DNA of 64,000 nt from Chitinophaga pinensis (GCA_945874665.1 CAMCHJ010000008.1:3880-67879); one strand, 5' to 3'. Positions 43,295 through 53,806 are shown, counted from the stretch's first letter. Notes: generated by a model not told the origin, from the letters alone. Program-made: numbers and translations.

Positions 43295-44716
43295 TTAATC
43301 CACAATACGCCCAATGAGCGTGGCTTGGGTTACGCGCTCTACCAATACGTTTACGTACTGACCAGCTTTTACGCCTTGGTGCGGGAATACGAGCATTTTG
43401 TTTTGGCTGTTGCGCCCGCAGAAGTGCTCGTCAGACTTGCGTGAAGGGCCTTCTACCAGCACCTCAAACACTTTTCCTAGATCGGCTTGGTTGCTAACTA
43501 AGGAATGTTGTCCTTGCAAATCAATGATTTCTTGCAAACGGCGGCCTTTTACCTCCTCGGGCACATCGTCTTCAAACTTACGCGCAGCCAAGGTGCCTGG
43601 TCGTTCCGAATATTTGAACATGAAGTTCATGGTATAACCCACCGCCTGCATGATGCTGATGGTTTCTTGGTGTTGCGGCTCGGTTTCTCCACAAAAACCA
43701 GCAATGATGTCGGAGGTAATGGCGCAATCGGGCAAAATGCGGCGAATGGCTGCCACCCTGTCGAGGTACCAGTCGCGGTCGTACGTGCGGTTCATGCGCT
43801 TAAGCACTTCGCTGCTACCCGACTGCACTGGCAGGTGGATACACTTACATATGTTGTGGTGTGCGGCCATGGTGTGCAGCACTTCATCGGTAATGTCTTT
43901 GGGGTGAGAAGTAGAGAAGCGAATCCGAACCAAAGGATCGAGTACCGCTACCCGCGCTAACAAATCTGCAAAATTCACCGTTTCTGCCCCGTCTTCTGAG
44001 GTCCAGTGGTACGAATCAACATTCTGGCCCAACAAGGTAATCTCCTTATAACCCTGCGCTACCAATTGCTGGCATTCTTCTACAATGGTATGTACATCTC
44101 TGCTCCGCTCGCGGCCCCTGGTAAAAGGCACCACGCAAAACGAGCACATGTTGTCGCAACCCCGCATAATGGTTACAAAGGCCAAAATGCCATTACCACC
44201 CAAACGTACGGGGGTAATGTCGGCATAGGTTTCTTCGCGAGATAGCAGCACGTTTACTGCCTGCTGACCTGAGTCTACTTTATTGAGCAGGTTGGGGAGG
44301 TCTTTGTAGGCATCCGGACCAACCACTAAATCCACCAGCTTTTCTTGTTCGAGCAATTTCGACTTGAGGCGCTCGGCCATGCAGCCCAAAACGCCAATCA
44401 TCATATCGGGCTTTTGCTTTTTATGTTGACGGAAGACTTGCAAACGACCCCGTACCTTTTGCTCTGCGTTTTCACGGATCGAACAGGTATTTATAAATAC
44501 CACATCGGCCTCTGAAAGCTCATTGGTAGCCACGTAATTATTGTCAGCCATGATGGACGCCACAATTTCGCTGTCGCTGAAATTCATTTGGCAACCATAA
44601 CTTTCGAGGTACATTTTTTTCTTCCCGCCTAACAGGTTCGATGCTTCATACACCTCACCCTGCCGCTGTTCGTCTTGCACCTTTTCAAAAACATTTCCTG
44701 AAAACTGCTTGGCCAT
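43295..44716 (-). CDS. miaB: tRNA-2-methylthio-N6-dimethylallyladenosine synthase
   Basis: [26 protein letters not shown] radical-SAM motif, C-terminal TRAM domain. Confidence 0.95.
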   Translation of the reverse strand: MAKQFSGNVFEKVQDEQRQGEVYEASNLLGGKKKMYLESYGCQMNFSDSEIVASIMADNNYVATNELSEADVVFINTCSIRENAEQKVRGRLQVFRQHKKQKPDMMIGVLGCMAERLKSKLLEQEKLVDLVVGPDAYKDLPNLLNKVDSGQQAVNVLLSREETYADITPVRLGGNGILAFVTIMRGCDNMCSFCVVPFTRGRERSRDVHTIVEECQQLVAQGYKEITLLGQNVDSYHWTSEDGAETVNFADLLARVAVLDPLVRIRFSTSHPKDITDEVLHTMAAHHNICKCIHLPVQSGSSEVLKRMNRTYDRDWYLDRVAAIRRILPDCAITSDIIAGFCGETEPQHQETISIMQAVGYTMNFMFKYSERPGTLAARKFEDDVPEEVKGRRLQEIIDLQGQHSLVSNQADLGKVFEVLVEGPSRKSDEHFCGRNSQNKMLVFPHQGVKAGQYVNVLVERVTQATLIGRIVD

Positions 44717-44853
44717 AAATTCAAATTTCCACAAAGATAAGAAGCCTGAAGCAGAATGTGACAGAATGGCAGTCGCCTCTTTTTGTTAAAATAAAAAAAG
44801 ATTGTGCTTTACTCAAGAATTCCCTAATATCGTCGTCTAATTTAACCTGTTGT

Positions 44854-46848
44854 ATGAAAAAATTATTTACACTTTTAGCATTTGTACTGGCCTCTTCTTT
44901 GGTTTTGCAAGCCCAAACTGGCTATTACATGATATCCCACACCTATGCTCCTGGCAATCCGGGTGGATTAAACCAAGACGCAGAGTTTCCAGTTGGCGGT
45001 GGTATAGCTCCTGGCTGGGCAACCATTTTAACTGGCTCAAACGTTGCGCCGACCTATTCACCGAATCAAACCATCCCTTTCACCTTTAATTTTAATGGTT
45101 CACCTGTAACGGAGTACAAAGCTGGCTCGTCTGGTGTAATTACTTTCTCAACCTCAAGCACTGCTCAGCCCGCCCACAGCTCTACAACTTTCCCTGCTGC
45201 AGACATTCCTGATAATTCAGTAGCGATCATGGGCTTGCAAGGCACACAAGCCAATGACAACATCGTAACCAAGACTTTTGGTACCGCGCCTAATCGTCAG
45301 CACTGGATCCAGTACAGCTCTTACAGCATAGCTGCTGGCGCTTCTTGTTGGACGTATTGGGCTGTTGTTTTGGAAGAAGGCACGAACAAGATTTACATTG
45401 TGGATCAGCGTTATGCTAACTGTTCAACTCAATTTGGTATAGGCGTTAAAATTGATGCCACCACAAGCGTAGGACCAAGTGGCACAGTGCCGCCATTGGC
45501 TGGTACCGACGCAGGTGGAGCAACCAATCACTACTACGAGTTTATTCCAGGTGTACAGCCTGCTTTAGGTGCCAAGTTGGCCAGCAGCACCATGCCTTCT
45601 TTCGTTTACCTCAATGCCCCAAGCACAGTAGCAGGCCGTATCTTGAACCTTGGCGCTACAGCCATTACTTCAGGCAGTTTGCACTACAACGTAAATGGTG
45701 GTGCAGCGGTAACCCAAGCGCTTACTGGATTGAATGTAGCTGGTGGAACCATGTACAACTTTAGTCATGGCACACCACTCACCCTAACCACTGCGGGCAG
45801 TTATACCCTGCGTATGTGGATGAGCAACATCAATGGTGCGGGTGTTAACACCGATACCTTAACGGTAACCATAAGCGCTATATCTAGCGTAATCACCGAT
45901 TTAGTGGTGTTTGAGCATTTCACCAATGCTTCATGTGGTCCGTGTGCCGCTCAAAACCCAGGTTTAGAAGCGGTAATGAACAACAACAAGCTGAAAGCAA
46001 CATCGGTAAAATACCATGTGAGCTGGCCCGGTGTTGACCCCATGTACAGCTTTAACACCACCGACCCAACCGCACGTGTAAACTACTACGGTGTAACCGG
46101 CGTTCCTGCGGTTCGTTTAGGTGCCAATGCAAGCATGTCGCCAAGCCAAGTTACGCAAGTAGCCATCGATAATTACGCGAACAACATGCCCGCTGCTTTT
46201 ACCTATGCAGTAAATACACGCATTGAAAATAACGTTTTACGTGTAGATGGCAGCGTTATTCGCAACATCGGCATCAACGCCAGCGATTTGCGTTTGCACA
46301 TCATTTTAACCGAAGACCCTATCAATTTCACTACAGCCCCAGGTACCAATGGCGAAAAAGATTTCCCGTCTGTGGTTCGTAAATTAATTCCTAATCAAAA
46401 CGGAACAGATATAGGCAACGGCGAAATCTCAACGCCATTCGATTACAGCTACAACTTGCCGCCTAGCTTTATTCAGGACCGCCTGTTTGTAGTGGTGTTT
46501 GTGCAAGCCAATGCTGCCAAAGTTGCCTACAAAGGCGCAAAAATCAAAGTTGGCTCAAGCCTGGCTTCTTCTGTTAAAAACAACGCCCTTGTTTCTGGTA
46601 GTTTCGAAGTGTATCCAAATCCTGTTACCTCAGACGCTATTATAAACCTCAACTTGGTTCGCAACAGCGAGGTAACCGTAGACATCATGAACATTGCTGG
46701 CCAAAAGGTACACAGCAGCAACTTAGGTGAGTTGTTAGCAGGTCCTCACAGCCACACCCTCGACATGAGCAATCTTGCTGCCGGCATGTACTACATCCAA
46801 ACCAGCATGAACGATCAAATCGAAATCAAGCGCATTGTAAAGCAGTAA
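44854..46848 (+). CDS. T9SS type-A CTD protein with Omp28-like (CGPC thioredoxin-fold) domain
   Basis: Signal peptide, EHFTNASCGPC, YHVSWPG.DPMY, R..YYGVTGVP, C-terminal VYPNP...GMYYI...KRIVKQ. Confidence 0.85.
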   Translation: MKKLFTLLAFVLASSLVLQAQTGYYMISHTYAPGNPGGLNQDAEFPVGGGIAPGWATILTGSNVAPTYSPNQTIPFTFNFNGSPVTEYKAGSSGVITFSTSSTAQPAHSSTTFPAADIPDNSVAIMGLQGTQANDNIVTKTFGTAPNRQHWIQYSSYSIAAGASCWTYWAVVLEEGTNKIYIVDQRYANCSTQFGIGVKIDATTSVGPSGTVPPLAGTDAGGATNHYYEFIPGVQPALGAKLASSTMPSFVYLNAPSTVAGRILNLGATAITSGSLHYNVNGGAAVTQALTGLNVAGGTMYNFSHGTPLTLTTAGSYTLRMWMSNINGAGVNTDTLTVTISAISSVITDLVVFEHFTNASCGPCAAQNPGLEAVMNNNKLKATSVKYHVSWPGVDPMYSFNTTDPTARVNYYGVTGVPAVRLGANASMSPSQVTQVAIDNYANNMPAAFTYAVNTRIENNVLRVDGSVIRNIGINASDLRLHIILTEDPINFTTAPGTNGEKDFPSVVRKLIPNQNGTDIGNGEISTPFDYSYNLPPSFIQDRLFVVVFVQANAAKVAYKGAKIKVGSSLASSVKNNALVSGSFEVYPNPVTSDAIINLNLVRNSEVTVDIMNIAGQKVHSSNLGELLAGPHSHTLDMSNLAAGMYYIQTSMNDQIEIKRIVKQ

Positions 46849-46863
46849 GCTTGTTAGTATGCC

Positions 46864-46893
46864 AAAAAAAGCCGGATTCGTCCGGCTTTTTTT
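46864..46893 (+). terminator. Rho-independent terminator
   Basis: AAAAAAAGCCGGA-TTCG-TCCGGCTTTTTTT. Confidence 0.85.
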
Positions 46894-46951
46894 GTTGCTA
46901 CCATGCGCTGTTCTTGTGAATTTGTTATATTCGCTTTCCTAAAAAAACCTC

Positions 46952-48817
46952 ATGTTAAAAAGAATACTCACCATAAGCTTGGCAGTAGCAGCCCTTTCTG
47001 CGCATGCGCAAGCCCCTCGGACCCAGCTTTACGAAGTATTTTCGGGCGAAAATTGCGGTCCTTGCGCCTCGGCCAATCCTACCACGCACGCGCTTTTAAC
47101 CACCAACAGTGCGGCCATCATTGGCTTGAAGTACCAAGTAGCGATTCCAAGCGCAGGTCCTATTCACAACCAAAACACCACCGAACCCAATGCGCGCCGT
47201 ACCTATTATGGTGTAAACTCTGCGCCCAATGCGCGGCACGAAGGACAAGTGATTGGTAACGGCCACAGTCTCAACCTCACCCAAGCCATCATCACCAGCC
47301 GCCAAAGTGTCACTTCCCCTTTCACCATCGCCTTAGAGCACAGCTTTAATGCCAACTGGGACAGCGTTTTTATCAACATGACCGTAACCGCGGCGCAAGT
47401 GGTTACCGCTGGCAACTGGTTTGCCCGCATTGCCCTCATAGAGCGCCACATGAACTTTGCAACGCCTCCAGGAAGCAATGGTGAAACTGACTTTTACAGT
47501 GTAATGCGCAAAATGCTGCCGAATGCAACAGGGACTAGCTTGCCAGCTACCTGGACTAACGGACAGTCGCAAGTAATTACCATTGCGGCTCCAGTGCCTT
47601 CGTACATCCGCGATATCGCAGAATTGGGTGTTGTAGCTTTCGTACAGGACGACATCAGCAAAGAAATTGCACAAGCCAAAAAATCAGACCCCCTTCCTGT
47701 GCCCCTGAACTCTAAGCTCGAGTACAGTGCTGGTGGTTTTTATGTTTGTACACCGGCCATCATGCCACAGGTGAGCATCGTAAACCAAGGCACCACGCCC
47801 ATTACAAGTTTAGAAATTAGACAAACGATAGGCACAACCGTGCAGACGGTTAACTGGACGGGTACCTTAGCACCTGCTGCCTCTACCAACGTAACTTTAA
47901 ATCCGGCCACCCTCGCAAATGGTCGTTCTAATTTCGAGTTCCGCATCATGACCATGAATGGTACGCCGCACCCAAGTGTTGTGCGTGCAACGGCATCAGG
48001 CGCCATGTTCTACACCCCAGACCAATTAAACAGTATAGCAACAGGCTTCCAAGGCACTTTCCCCCCTGCCAACTGGGCAGTAGACAATGGCGCTTTGGCC
48101 ACCAATGGTTGGCAGCTCGGAGTGCCAGGTGCTAACGGCACAACCCGTTCTGCCCGCATCAACTTTTATGACATAGGTGTAGGAGAAGTAGATTATTTAT
48201 ACTTACCCCGCTTAGACATGAGTCAGGCTTCGGTAAGTGCCAACTTATCCTTTTACGTAGCACATGCGCAATACACAGCTACAACAAGCGACAAGTTAGA
48301 GGTGGAAGTATCTATCGATTGTGGCGCCACATGGACTTCGATTTTTGACAAATCGGGCGCTCCACTCTCAACCAGACCAGCGATGACAGGCGCATATACA
48401 TCGGTTGCTGCCAGCGAATGGCGCCAAGAAACGATTAGTTTATCGAGTGTGGCTGGCCAAAACGATGTTTTAGTTCGTTTTAAAGGCACCAGTGACTATG
48501 GCAACAACCTCTTCCTCGATGAGGTAGTGATTCCAAATACCGTAAGTGTGAAGGAACAGGCCACCAGCATTCCGCTGCGTACCTATCCAAATCCGGTAGC
48601 AGACGAACTTTTCATCGACTTTAACCAAGCAGTAAACGGCGCTGTGCGCGTGCAGATCCTCAACAGTCTTGGTCAACTCGTACTCGAGCATGCTACTGCC
48701 ATTGAAAATACAGAGGCCAAAATCAGTCTGAACGTGGCCTCCCTCCCCGCTGGCATTTACACGGTGCAGAGCGTTGTAAACGGCAAATCGCAGATCAGCA
48801 AGATTGTGAAGCAATAA
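46952..48817 (+). CDS. T9SS type-A CTD protein with N-terminal Omp28-like (CGPC) domain
   Basis: Signal peptide, EVFSGENCGPC, RRTYYGVNSAP, VEVSIDCGATW, GNNLFLD, C-terminal TYPNP...GIY...KIVKQ. Confidence 0.85.
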   Translation: MLKRILTISLAVAALSAHAQAPRTQLYEVFSGENCGPCASANPTTHALLTTNSAAIIGLKYQVAIPSAGPIHNQNTTEPNARRTYYGVNSAPNARHEGQVIGNGHSLNLTQAIITSRQSVTSPFTIALEHSFNANWDSVFINMTVTAAQVVTAGNWFARIALIERHMNFATPPGSNGETDFYSVMRKMLPNATGTSLPATWTNGQSQVITIAAPVPSYIRDIAELGVVAFVQDDISKEIAQAKKSDPLPVPLNSKLEYSAGGFYVCTPAIMPQVSIVNQGTTPITSLEIRQTIGTTVQTVNWTGTLAPAASTNVTLNPATLANGRSNFEFRIMTMNGTPHPSVVRATASGAMFYTPDQLNSIATGFQGTFPPANWAVDNGALATNGWQLGVPGANGTTRSARINFYDIGVGEVDYLYLPRLDMSQASVSANLSFYVAHAQYTATTSDKLEVEVSIDCGATWTSIFDKSGAPLSTRPAMTGAYTSVAASEWRQETISLSSVAGQNDVLVRFKGTSDYGNNLFLDEVVIPNTVSVKEQATSIPLRTYPNPVADELFIDFNQAVNGAVRVQILNSLGQLVLEHATAIENTEAKISLNVASLPAGIYTVQSVVNGKSQISKIVKQ

Positions 48818-48836
48818 AATAAATCACCAAAAGCAT

Positions 48837-48869
48837 AAATCCTCCCATTTTTTGGGGGGATTTTTTTTT
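48837..48869 (+). terminator. Rho-independent terminator
   Basis: AAATCCTCCCA...TGGGGGGATTTTTTTTT. Confidence 0.7.
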
Positions 48870-48923
48870 AGCCTTTGAAAAATCAGAGTTTCTTTACGAA
48901 ATTGAGCGAATAAAGCCAACGAC

Positions 48924-50687
48924 ATGAAAATTGAAAGACTTTTTGACATACTTCCGCACCAGAAGCAAAACCACCCCCTCAAAACAGCCTTAGCAGGCAA
49001 AGAAAAGGGCAAATGGGTGCATTACAGCACCGACGACCTCATTGCTGAAGCCAATGCCGTGAGCTTAGGTCTGTTGGCCTTGGGTGTGGAGCCAGGTGAT
49101 AAAATTGCCAACATCTCCAACAACCGTCCGGAGTGGAATTTCCTCGACTTTGGCATGTTACAAATTGGAGCCGTGCACGTGCCCATTTATCCCACCATTA
49201 CCGACGAGGACTACAACTACATCCTCAACCACGCTGAGGTAAAGTACATCTTTGTATCAAGTGCTGAGTTGTACGAGCGCATCGCTAAAATAGCCGAAAA
49301 AGTACCTACTGTGAAAGCTGTATATACTTTCGACCAGGTAGCGGGTGCCAAACATTGGAGCGAAGTAAAGCAGGCTGGCGACGGCGGTGACCTCAAGCAA
49401 GTAGAGGCCCTCAAAGCCAACGTAAAAGCAGACGATCTATTTACCATCATTTATACATCGGGCACCACAGGTTTCCCTAAAGGCGTAATGCTCAGTCACC
49501 GCAACGTGGCCAGCAACGTAGAAGCCAGCGACAAGCGGGTGCCGTGCAGTCCTGGCGACAACGCCCTCAGCTTCCTGCCACTCTGCCACATCTATGAGCG
49601 CATGCTCACCTACATGATGATGTACCGTTCGATCAGCATTCACTATGCCGAAAGCATGGAAACCATCGGCGACAACCTCAAAGAAATCAAGCCGCAGGTA
49701 TTCTCCTCGGTGCCGCGCTTGCTCGAAAAGGTGTACGACAAAATTGTATCTAAAGGGCACGAGCTCACAGGCGTAAAAAAGGCCTTGTTCTTTTGGGCGC
49801 TCAACCTCGGCTTGCGCTATGAAATCAATGGTGCCAATGGCTGGTGGTACGAAACCCAGCTCAAACTGGCCAACAAACTCATCTTCAGCAAATGGCGCGA
49901 AGCTTTGGGCGGTAATGTAAAGGCCATTGTAAGTGGAGCAGCTGCCCTGCAACCCCGTTTAGCCCGGGTGTTTTGGTCGGCCCAAATACCAGTGTTAGAA
50001 GGCTACGGCCTCACTGAAACATCGCCGGTAATTTCGGTTAACTACTATGCCACCATGCAGGTGGAATTTGGTGCTGTTGGTCCTGTTTTAGAAGGTGTAG
50101 AAGTAAAGTTGGCCGAAGACGGAGAAATTCTTTGCAAAGGCCCGAACATCATGATGGGCTATTACAAGCGTCCGGAGCTCACCGAAGAGGTCATCGACAA
50201 AGATGGCTGGTTCCATACAGGCGACATAGGCACCTTTACAGCCAACGGCAACCTCAAAATCACAGACCGCAAAAAGGAGATTTTCAAAACTTCTGGCGGT
50301 AAGTACATTGCCCCGCAGGTGATGGAAAATAAATTCAAAGAGTCGTTGCTTATTGAGCAGTTGATCGTGTGTGGAGAGAGTAAAAACTTCCCTTCGGCAC
50401 TTATTTCACCGGCTTGGGACAATGTGAAATACTGGTGCGAACACCACGGCATTGCGTTCACCACGCAAGCCGAAGTGATCAAAAACCCTGCACTCCTCGA
50501 GAAATTTCAAAGCGAAATAGACCACTACAATGAAGGCTTTGGGCAATGGGAGAAAATCAAAAAATTCAAGTTACTGCCCACTTCTTGGAGCGTTGAAAGC
50601 GGCGAGTTAACCGCTACCATGAAACTCAAACGCAAAGTAATCATGGAAAAATTCAAATCCGATTACGACAGTATGTATGGTGAATAA
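48924..50687 (+). CDS. Long-chain-fatty-acid--CoA ligase
   Basis: IIYTSGTTGFPKGVML, EGYGLTE, GWFHTGDIG, DRKKE.FK.SGGK. Confidence 0.93.
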   Translation: MKIERLFDILPHQKQNHPLKTALAGKEKGKWVHYSTDDLIAEANAVSLGLLALGVEPGDKIANISNNRPEWNFLDFGMLQIGAVHVPIYPTITDEDYNYILNHAEVKYIFVSSAELYERIAKIAEKVPTVKAVYTFDQVAGAKHWSEVKQAGDGGDLKQVEALKANVKADDLFTIIYTSGTTGFPKGVMLSHRNVASNVEASDKRVPCSPGDNALSFLPLCHIYERMLTYMMMYRSISIHYAESMETIGDNLKEIKPQVFSSVPRLLEKVYDKIVSKGHELTGVKKALFFWALNLGLRYEINGANGWWYETQLKLANKLIFSKWREALGGNVKAIVSGAAALQPRLARVFWSAQIPVLEGYGLTETSPVISVNYYATMQVEFGAVGPVLEGVEVKLAEDGEILCKGPNIMMGYYKRPELTEEVIDKDGWFHTGDIGTFTANGNLKITDRKKEIFKTSGGKYIAPQVMENKFKESLLIEQLIVCGESKNFPSALISPAWDNVKYWCEHHGIAFTTQAEVIKNPALLEKFQSEIDHYNEGFGQWEKIKKFKLLPTSWSVESGELTATMKLKRKVIMEKFKSDYDSMYGE

Positions 50688-50735
50688 TGGCATGGCGCAA
50701 GGCCTACAAGGCTAACCTCCAGCATAGCGCTATGT

Positions 50736-50779
50736 AAATGGATGTCTTCGTTTTACCGGAGACATCCATTTTTTTTTTT
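50736..50779 (+). terminator. Rho-independent terminator
   Basis: AAATGGATGTCTTCG...CGGAGACATCCATTTTTTTT. Confidence 0.8.
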
Positions 50780-50887
50780 GACCTACCGGCAGCAAATGCC
50801 GTTCATTAAAAATAAATGTTCAAATTTGAACATTGGCGTTAATCCTACCCAGAAAAGTGATGTCATAAGCTTGTTACGCAACTTACC

Positions 50888-52276
50888 ATGAAAAAGCAGC
50901 ATATCTTATCTGTACTGGTCCTTTTGAGTGCCCTGCTCATTACCGCCAGCTCCATCGACCTCAGCAATTTGTACAATTACGGCGCTCAGGGCAAGCCTGG
51001 TTACATTAATAAAGACAATACCCCCGTTACCAACTCCATAACCGATGCCCGCGCTACCTTGGGCCGGGTGTTGTTTTACGACAAAAAGCTATCCGCCAAC
51101 AACAGCATTGCTTGTGCCAGTTGCCACAACCAGGCTTTCGCCTTTTCAGATACTGCGGTACGCAGCGTCGGACTAAATGGCGGCTTAACTGGCAGGCACT
51201 CGATGCGCTTAGTAAATGCCCGCTATGGCACCAGTCCGAGCTTTTTCTGGGATGAGCGCGCGCCGACCCTCGAGCACCAGGTCACCGAGCCCATCCAAGA
51301 CCATGTAGAAATGGGCTTCAGCGGACTCAGCGGGCAAGCCGGCATCGATTCGTTGATCCGCAAAATGGCCACTTTATCCTATTACCCGCAACTTTTTCAG
51401 TTTGCCTTTGGCTCGCCTGAAATTACTGAAGCCAAAATGCAGCAGGCCATGGCGCAGTTTGTAAGAAGCATTCAATCGTTCGACTCTAAATTCGATATTG
51501 GACGGGCGCAGGTACCGGGACAAGGGATGCCCTTCCCCAACTTTACCGCCAATGAGAATGCAGGTAAACAAATTTTTATGCATGCACAAGGCATGGGTAC
51601 TCCGGGTTGCCAAAGCTGCCACCGCATGCCAGAGTTTGACATTGATCCGTTGTCGTTAAACAATGGCGTAATCACCAAGGCTGGCGACCAAACAGGGTTC
51701 GATTTAACAAATACCCGCGCGCCCTCTCTAAGGAACCTATTCAATCCTTCTGGTAGTTTGAATGGTCCACTGATGCATAACGGCGCCTTTACCACCATCG
51801 AGCAGGTTATTGAGCACTACAATGCCATCCCCCAAAACCCAGCCAATACCAATTTAGACCCCCGTTTAAATGGCCCAGGAGGCAATTTGCAGCTTACTGC
51901 TTTGCAAAAAACACAGTTGGCCGACTTCCTGCGCACCCTCACTGGCGTGGATGTGTTTACGAATCCTAAATGGTCAAATCCCTTTGACGCGAGTGGCAAC
52001 ATCACTATTCTGGGCTTGAACAGCAGCATTTACCAAAACAAAGCTGAAAAGTTCGCCATCTTCCCTAATCCTGCCAGCCAATTCATCTATTTAAAGCTGC
52101 CCCAAGGCCAGTATAACGTACATATGTATGGTATTAACGGCCAGCTGATTTACAGCGGCACCGCCGAAGCCAGCGAACGCATTGATTTGCCAGGATTTGC
52201 AGCCGGCTTCATCACCATCACCGCCGTAAACCAAACTACCGGCTGGATGTACCAGGCTAAGTTCATTAAGCAATAA
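50888..52276 (+). CDS. Di-heme cytochrome c peroxidase/MauG-family protein with T9SS type-A CTD
   Basis: LGRVLFYD..LS, CASCH, FFWDERA, CQSCH, APSLRN, PLMHNG; C-terminal IFPNP...KFIKQ. Confidence 0.85.
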   Translation: MKKQHILSVLVLLSALLITASSIDLSNLYNYGAQGKPGYINKDNTPVTNSITDARATLGRVLFYDKKLSANNSIACASCHNQAFAFSDTAVRSVGLNGGLTGRHSMRLVNARYGTSPSFFWDERAPTLEHQVTEPIQDHVEMGFSGLSGQAGIDSLIRKMATLSYYPQLFQFAFGSPEITEAKMQQAMAQFVRSIQSFDSKFDIGRAQVPGQGMPFPNFTANENAGKQIFMHAQGMGTPGCQSCHRMPEFDIDPLSLNNGVITKAGDQTGFDLTNTRAPSLRNLFNPSGSLNGPLMHNGAFTTIEQVIEHYNAIPQNPANTNLDPRLNGPGGNLQLTALQKTQLADFLRTLTGVDVFTNPKWSNPFDASGNITILGLNSSIYQNKAEKFAIFPNPASQFIYLKLPQGQYNVHMYGINGQLIYSGTAEASERIDLPGFAAGFITITAVNQTTGWMYQAKFIKQ

Positions 52277-52300
52277 GCCAAACGCCTGTTGCTGGCACAT

Positions 52301-52336
52301 AAAAAAGCCCCGTTCTAAACAAGAACGGGGCTTTTT
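52301..52336. terminator. Bidirectional terminator
   Basis: AAAAAAGCCCCGTTCT...AGAACGGGGCTTTTT between convergent genes. Confidence 0.85.
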
Positions 52337-52355
52337 GTTGATAGGTGCTGTTGAC

Positions 52356-52988
52356 TTAGTGAGAGGCTAGGTAATCAGCTACACCAGCGTGGGTGTCCTT
52401 CATACCGTCTTTGCCGGGCTCCCAGTTGGCTGGACAAACCTCGCCTTTTTCCTCGTGGAAAAGGAGTGCGTCAACCATGCGGAGGGCTTCGCTCACGGAG
52501 CGGCCGAGTGGGAAGTTGTTCACCACCTGGTGCTGTACAATGCCTTCTTTGTCGATGAGGAACAAGCCGCGGTAAGCGATCATTGGACCGTTGGCAATCA
52601 TTTCGCCTTCATCGTTGTAGTCGTAAGCACCGGCCAAAACACCATAATTCATGCTGATGGTTTTGGTGGTATCTGCTACGATTGGGTAAGTGATGCCCTG
52701 GATGCCGCCAGCGTTCTTTGGCATTTGCAACCAGCCCCAATGCGACTCTTCTGTGTCGGTTGAAGCAGCTACGATGGCCACACCACGCTTTTCGAACTCA
52801 GCAATTTTCTCTTGGAAGGCATGCAATTCGGTTGGACAAACAAAGGTGAAATCTTTTGGATAGAAGAAGAAAATCACGTGCTTTTTACCAAGGTACTGGT
52901 CGAGTGAGAAGTTCTCGATGATTTCGTCGCCATTTACAACGGCGCCAACACTAAAATGAGGGGCTTTGCGGCCTACTAATACTGACAT
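52356..52988 (-). CDS. ahpC: 2-Cys peroxiredoxin (AhpC/Prx1)
   Basis: FFYPKDFTFVCPTE and GEVCPANW. Confidence 0.93.
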   Translation of the reverse strand: MSVLVGRKAPHFSVGAVVNGDEIIENFSLDQYLGKKHVIFFFYPKDFTFVCPTELHAFQEKIAEFEKRGVAIVAASTDTEESHWGWLQMPKNAGGIQGITYPIVADTTKTISMNYGVLAGAYDYNDEGEMIANGPMIAYRGLFLIDKEGIVQHQVVNNFPLGRSVSEALRMVDALLFHEEKGEVCPANWEPGKDGMKDTHAGVADYLASH

Positions 52989-53094
52989 ATATTTTTGTTT
53001 TAAGTTTTTACTTGCTGCATAAGGACGTGAGGCTTGATTTGGTTCCCATGCGGTGCAAAATTACGAAAAAATGCTATCTTTGCAGCCGTTTACT

Positions 53095-53168
53095 GGTCCC
53101 GTAGCTCAGCTGGATAGAGCAACTGCCTTCTAAGCAGTAGGCCTTTGGTTCGAATCCAAACGGGATCG
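53095..53168 (+). tRNA. tRNA-Arg (UCU)
   Basis: GGTCCCG...ACTGC-CTTCTAA-GCAGT...GGTTCGAATCC...CGGGATC cloverleaf; TATCTTTG promoter element upstream. Confidence 0.96.
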
Positions 53169-53285
53169 CAACGCTCAGAAGGAGCTCGCAAGTAGGCCGA
53201 GAAAATTATTTTCGGTTTTTTCTTTCCAGGGGGTAAAGCGCTATGGAAAGTTCTATATTTGCAGTCCCAATTGGCCACGGCCAAT

Positions 53286-53372
<87 letters not shown>

Positions 53373-53392
53373 CACCTTCACAGGTAACCGCT

Positions 53393-53467
53393 CGGGGTGT
53401 AGCGTAGCCCGGTTATCGCGCCTGCTTTGGGAGCAGGAGGTCGCAAGTTCGAATCTTGCCACCCCGA
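53393..53467 (+). tRNA. tRNA-Pro (UGG)
   Basis: CGGGGTG...CCTGC-TTTGGGA-GCAGG...GTTCGAATC...CACCCCG. Confidence 0.96.
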
Positions 53468-53468
53468 C

Positions 53469-53806
53469 AATGAAACCCGTATCGCCGCAGGCGATGCGGG
53501 TTTTTCATTTTAGCGCGCGTCTGCGCCGCCCCCAGCGGTGCAAGCAAGCGCTAAAATGAAAAACACGTTTCATACGCGCCAGCGTATGAACGGGTTTCAT
53601 TAGTCCTATCCCCCCAACAAGATGGGCGAGCAACGCGAGTCAATCTTGCCTCCGGCCCTCACCACAGCGCGCTTCTGCACTGCGCCCAGCAGTGCAAGGA
53701 AGCTGGAAAATGAAAAACCAGTTCAGCTGCGCCAGCAGCTGACGGGTTTCATTAGTCCTCTTCCCCCCTTCAAGATGGGCGAACGCAGTGAGTCAATCTT
53801 GCCTCC
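53469..53806 (+). repeat. tRNA-linked structured direct repeats (two ~142-bp units, each ending in a copy of the tRNA-Pro 3' segment)
   Basis: Units 53512-53653 and 53666-53806; both end in AATCTTGCC, identical to tRNA 53452-53460. Confidence 0.85.
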
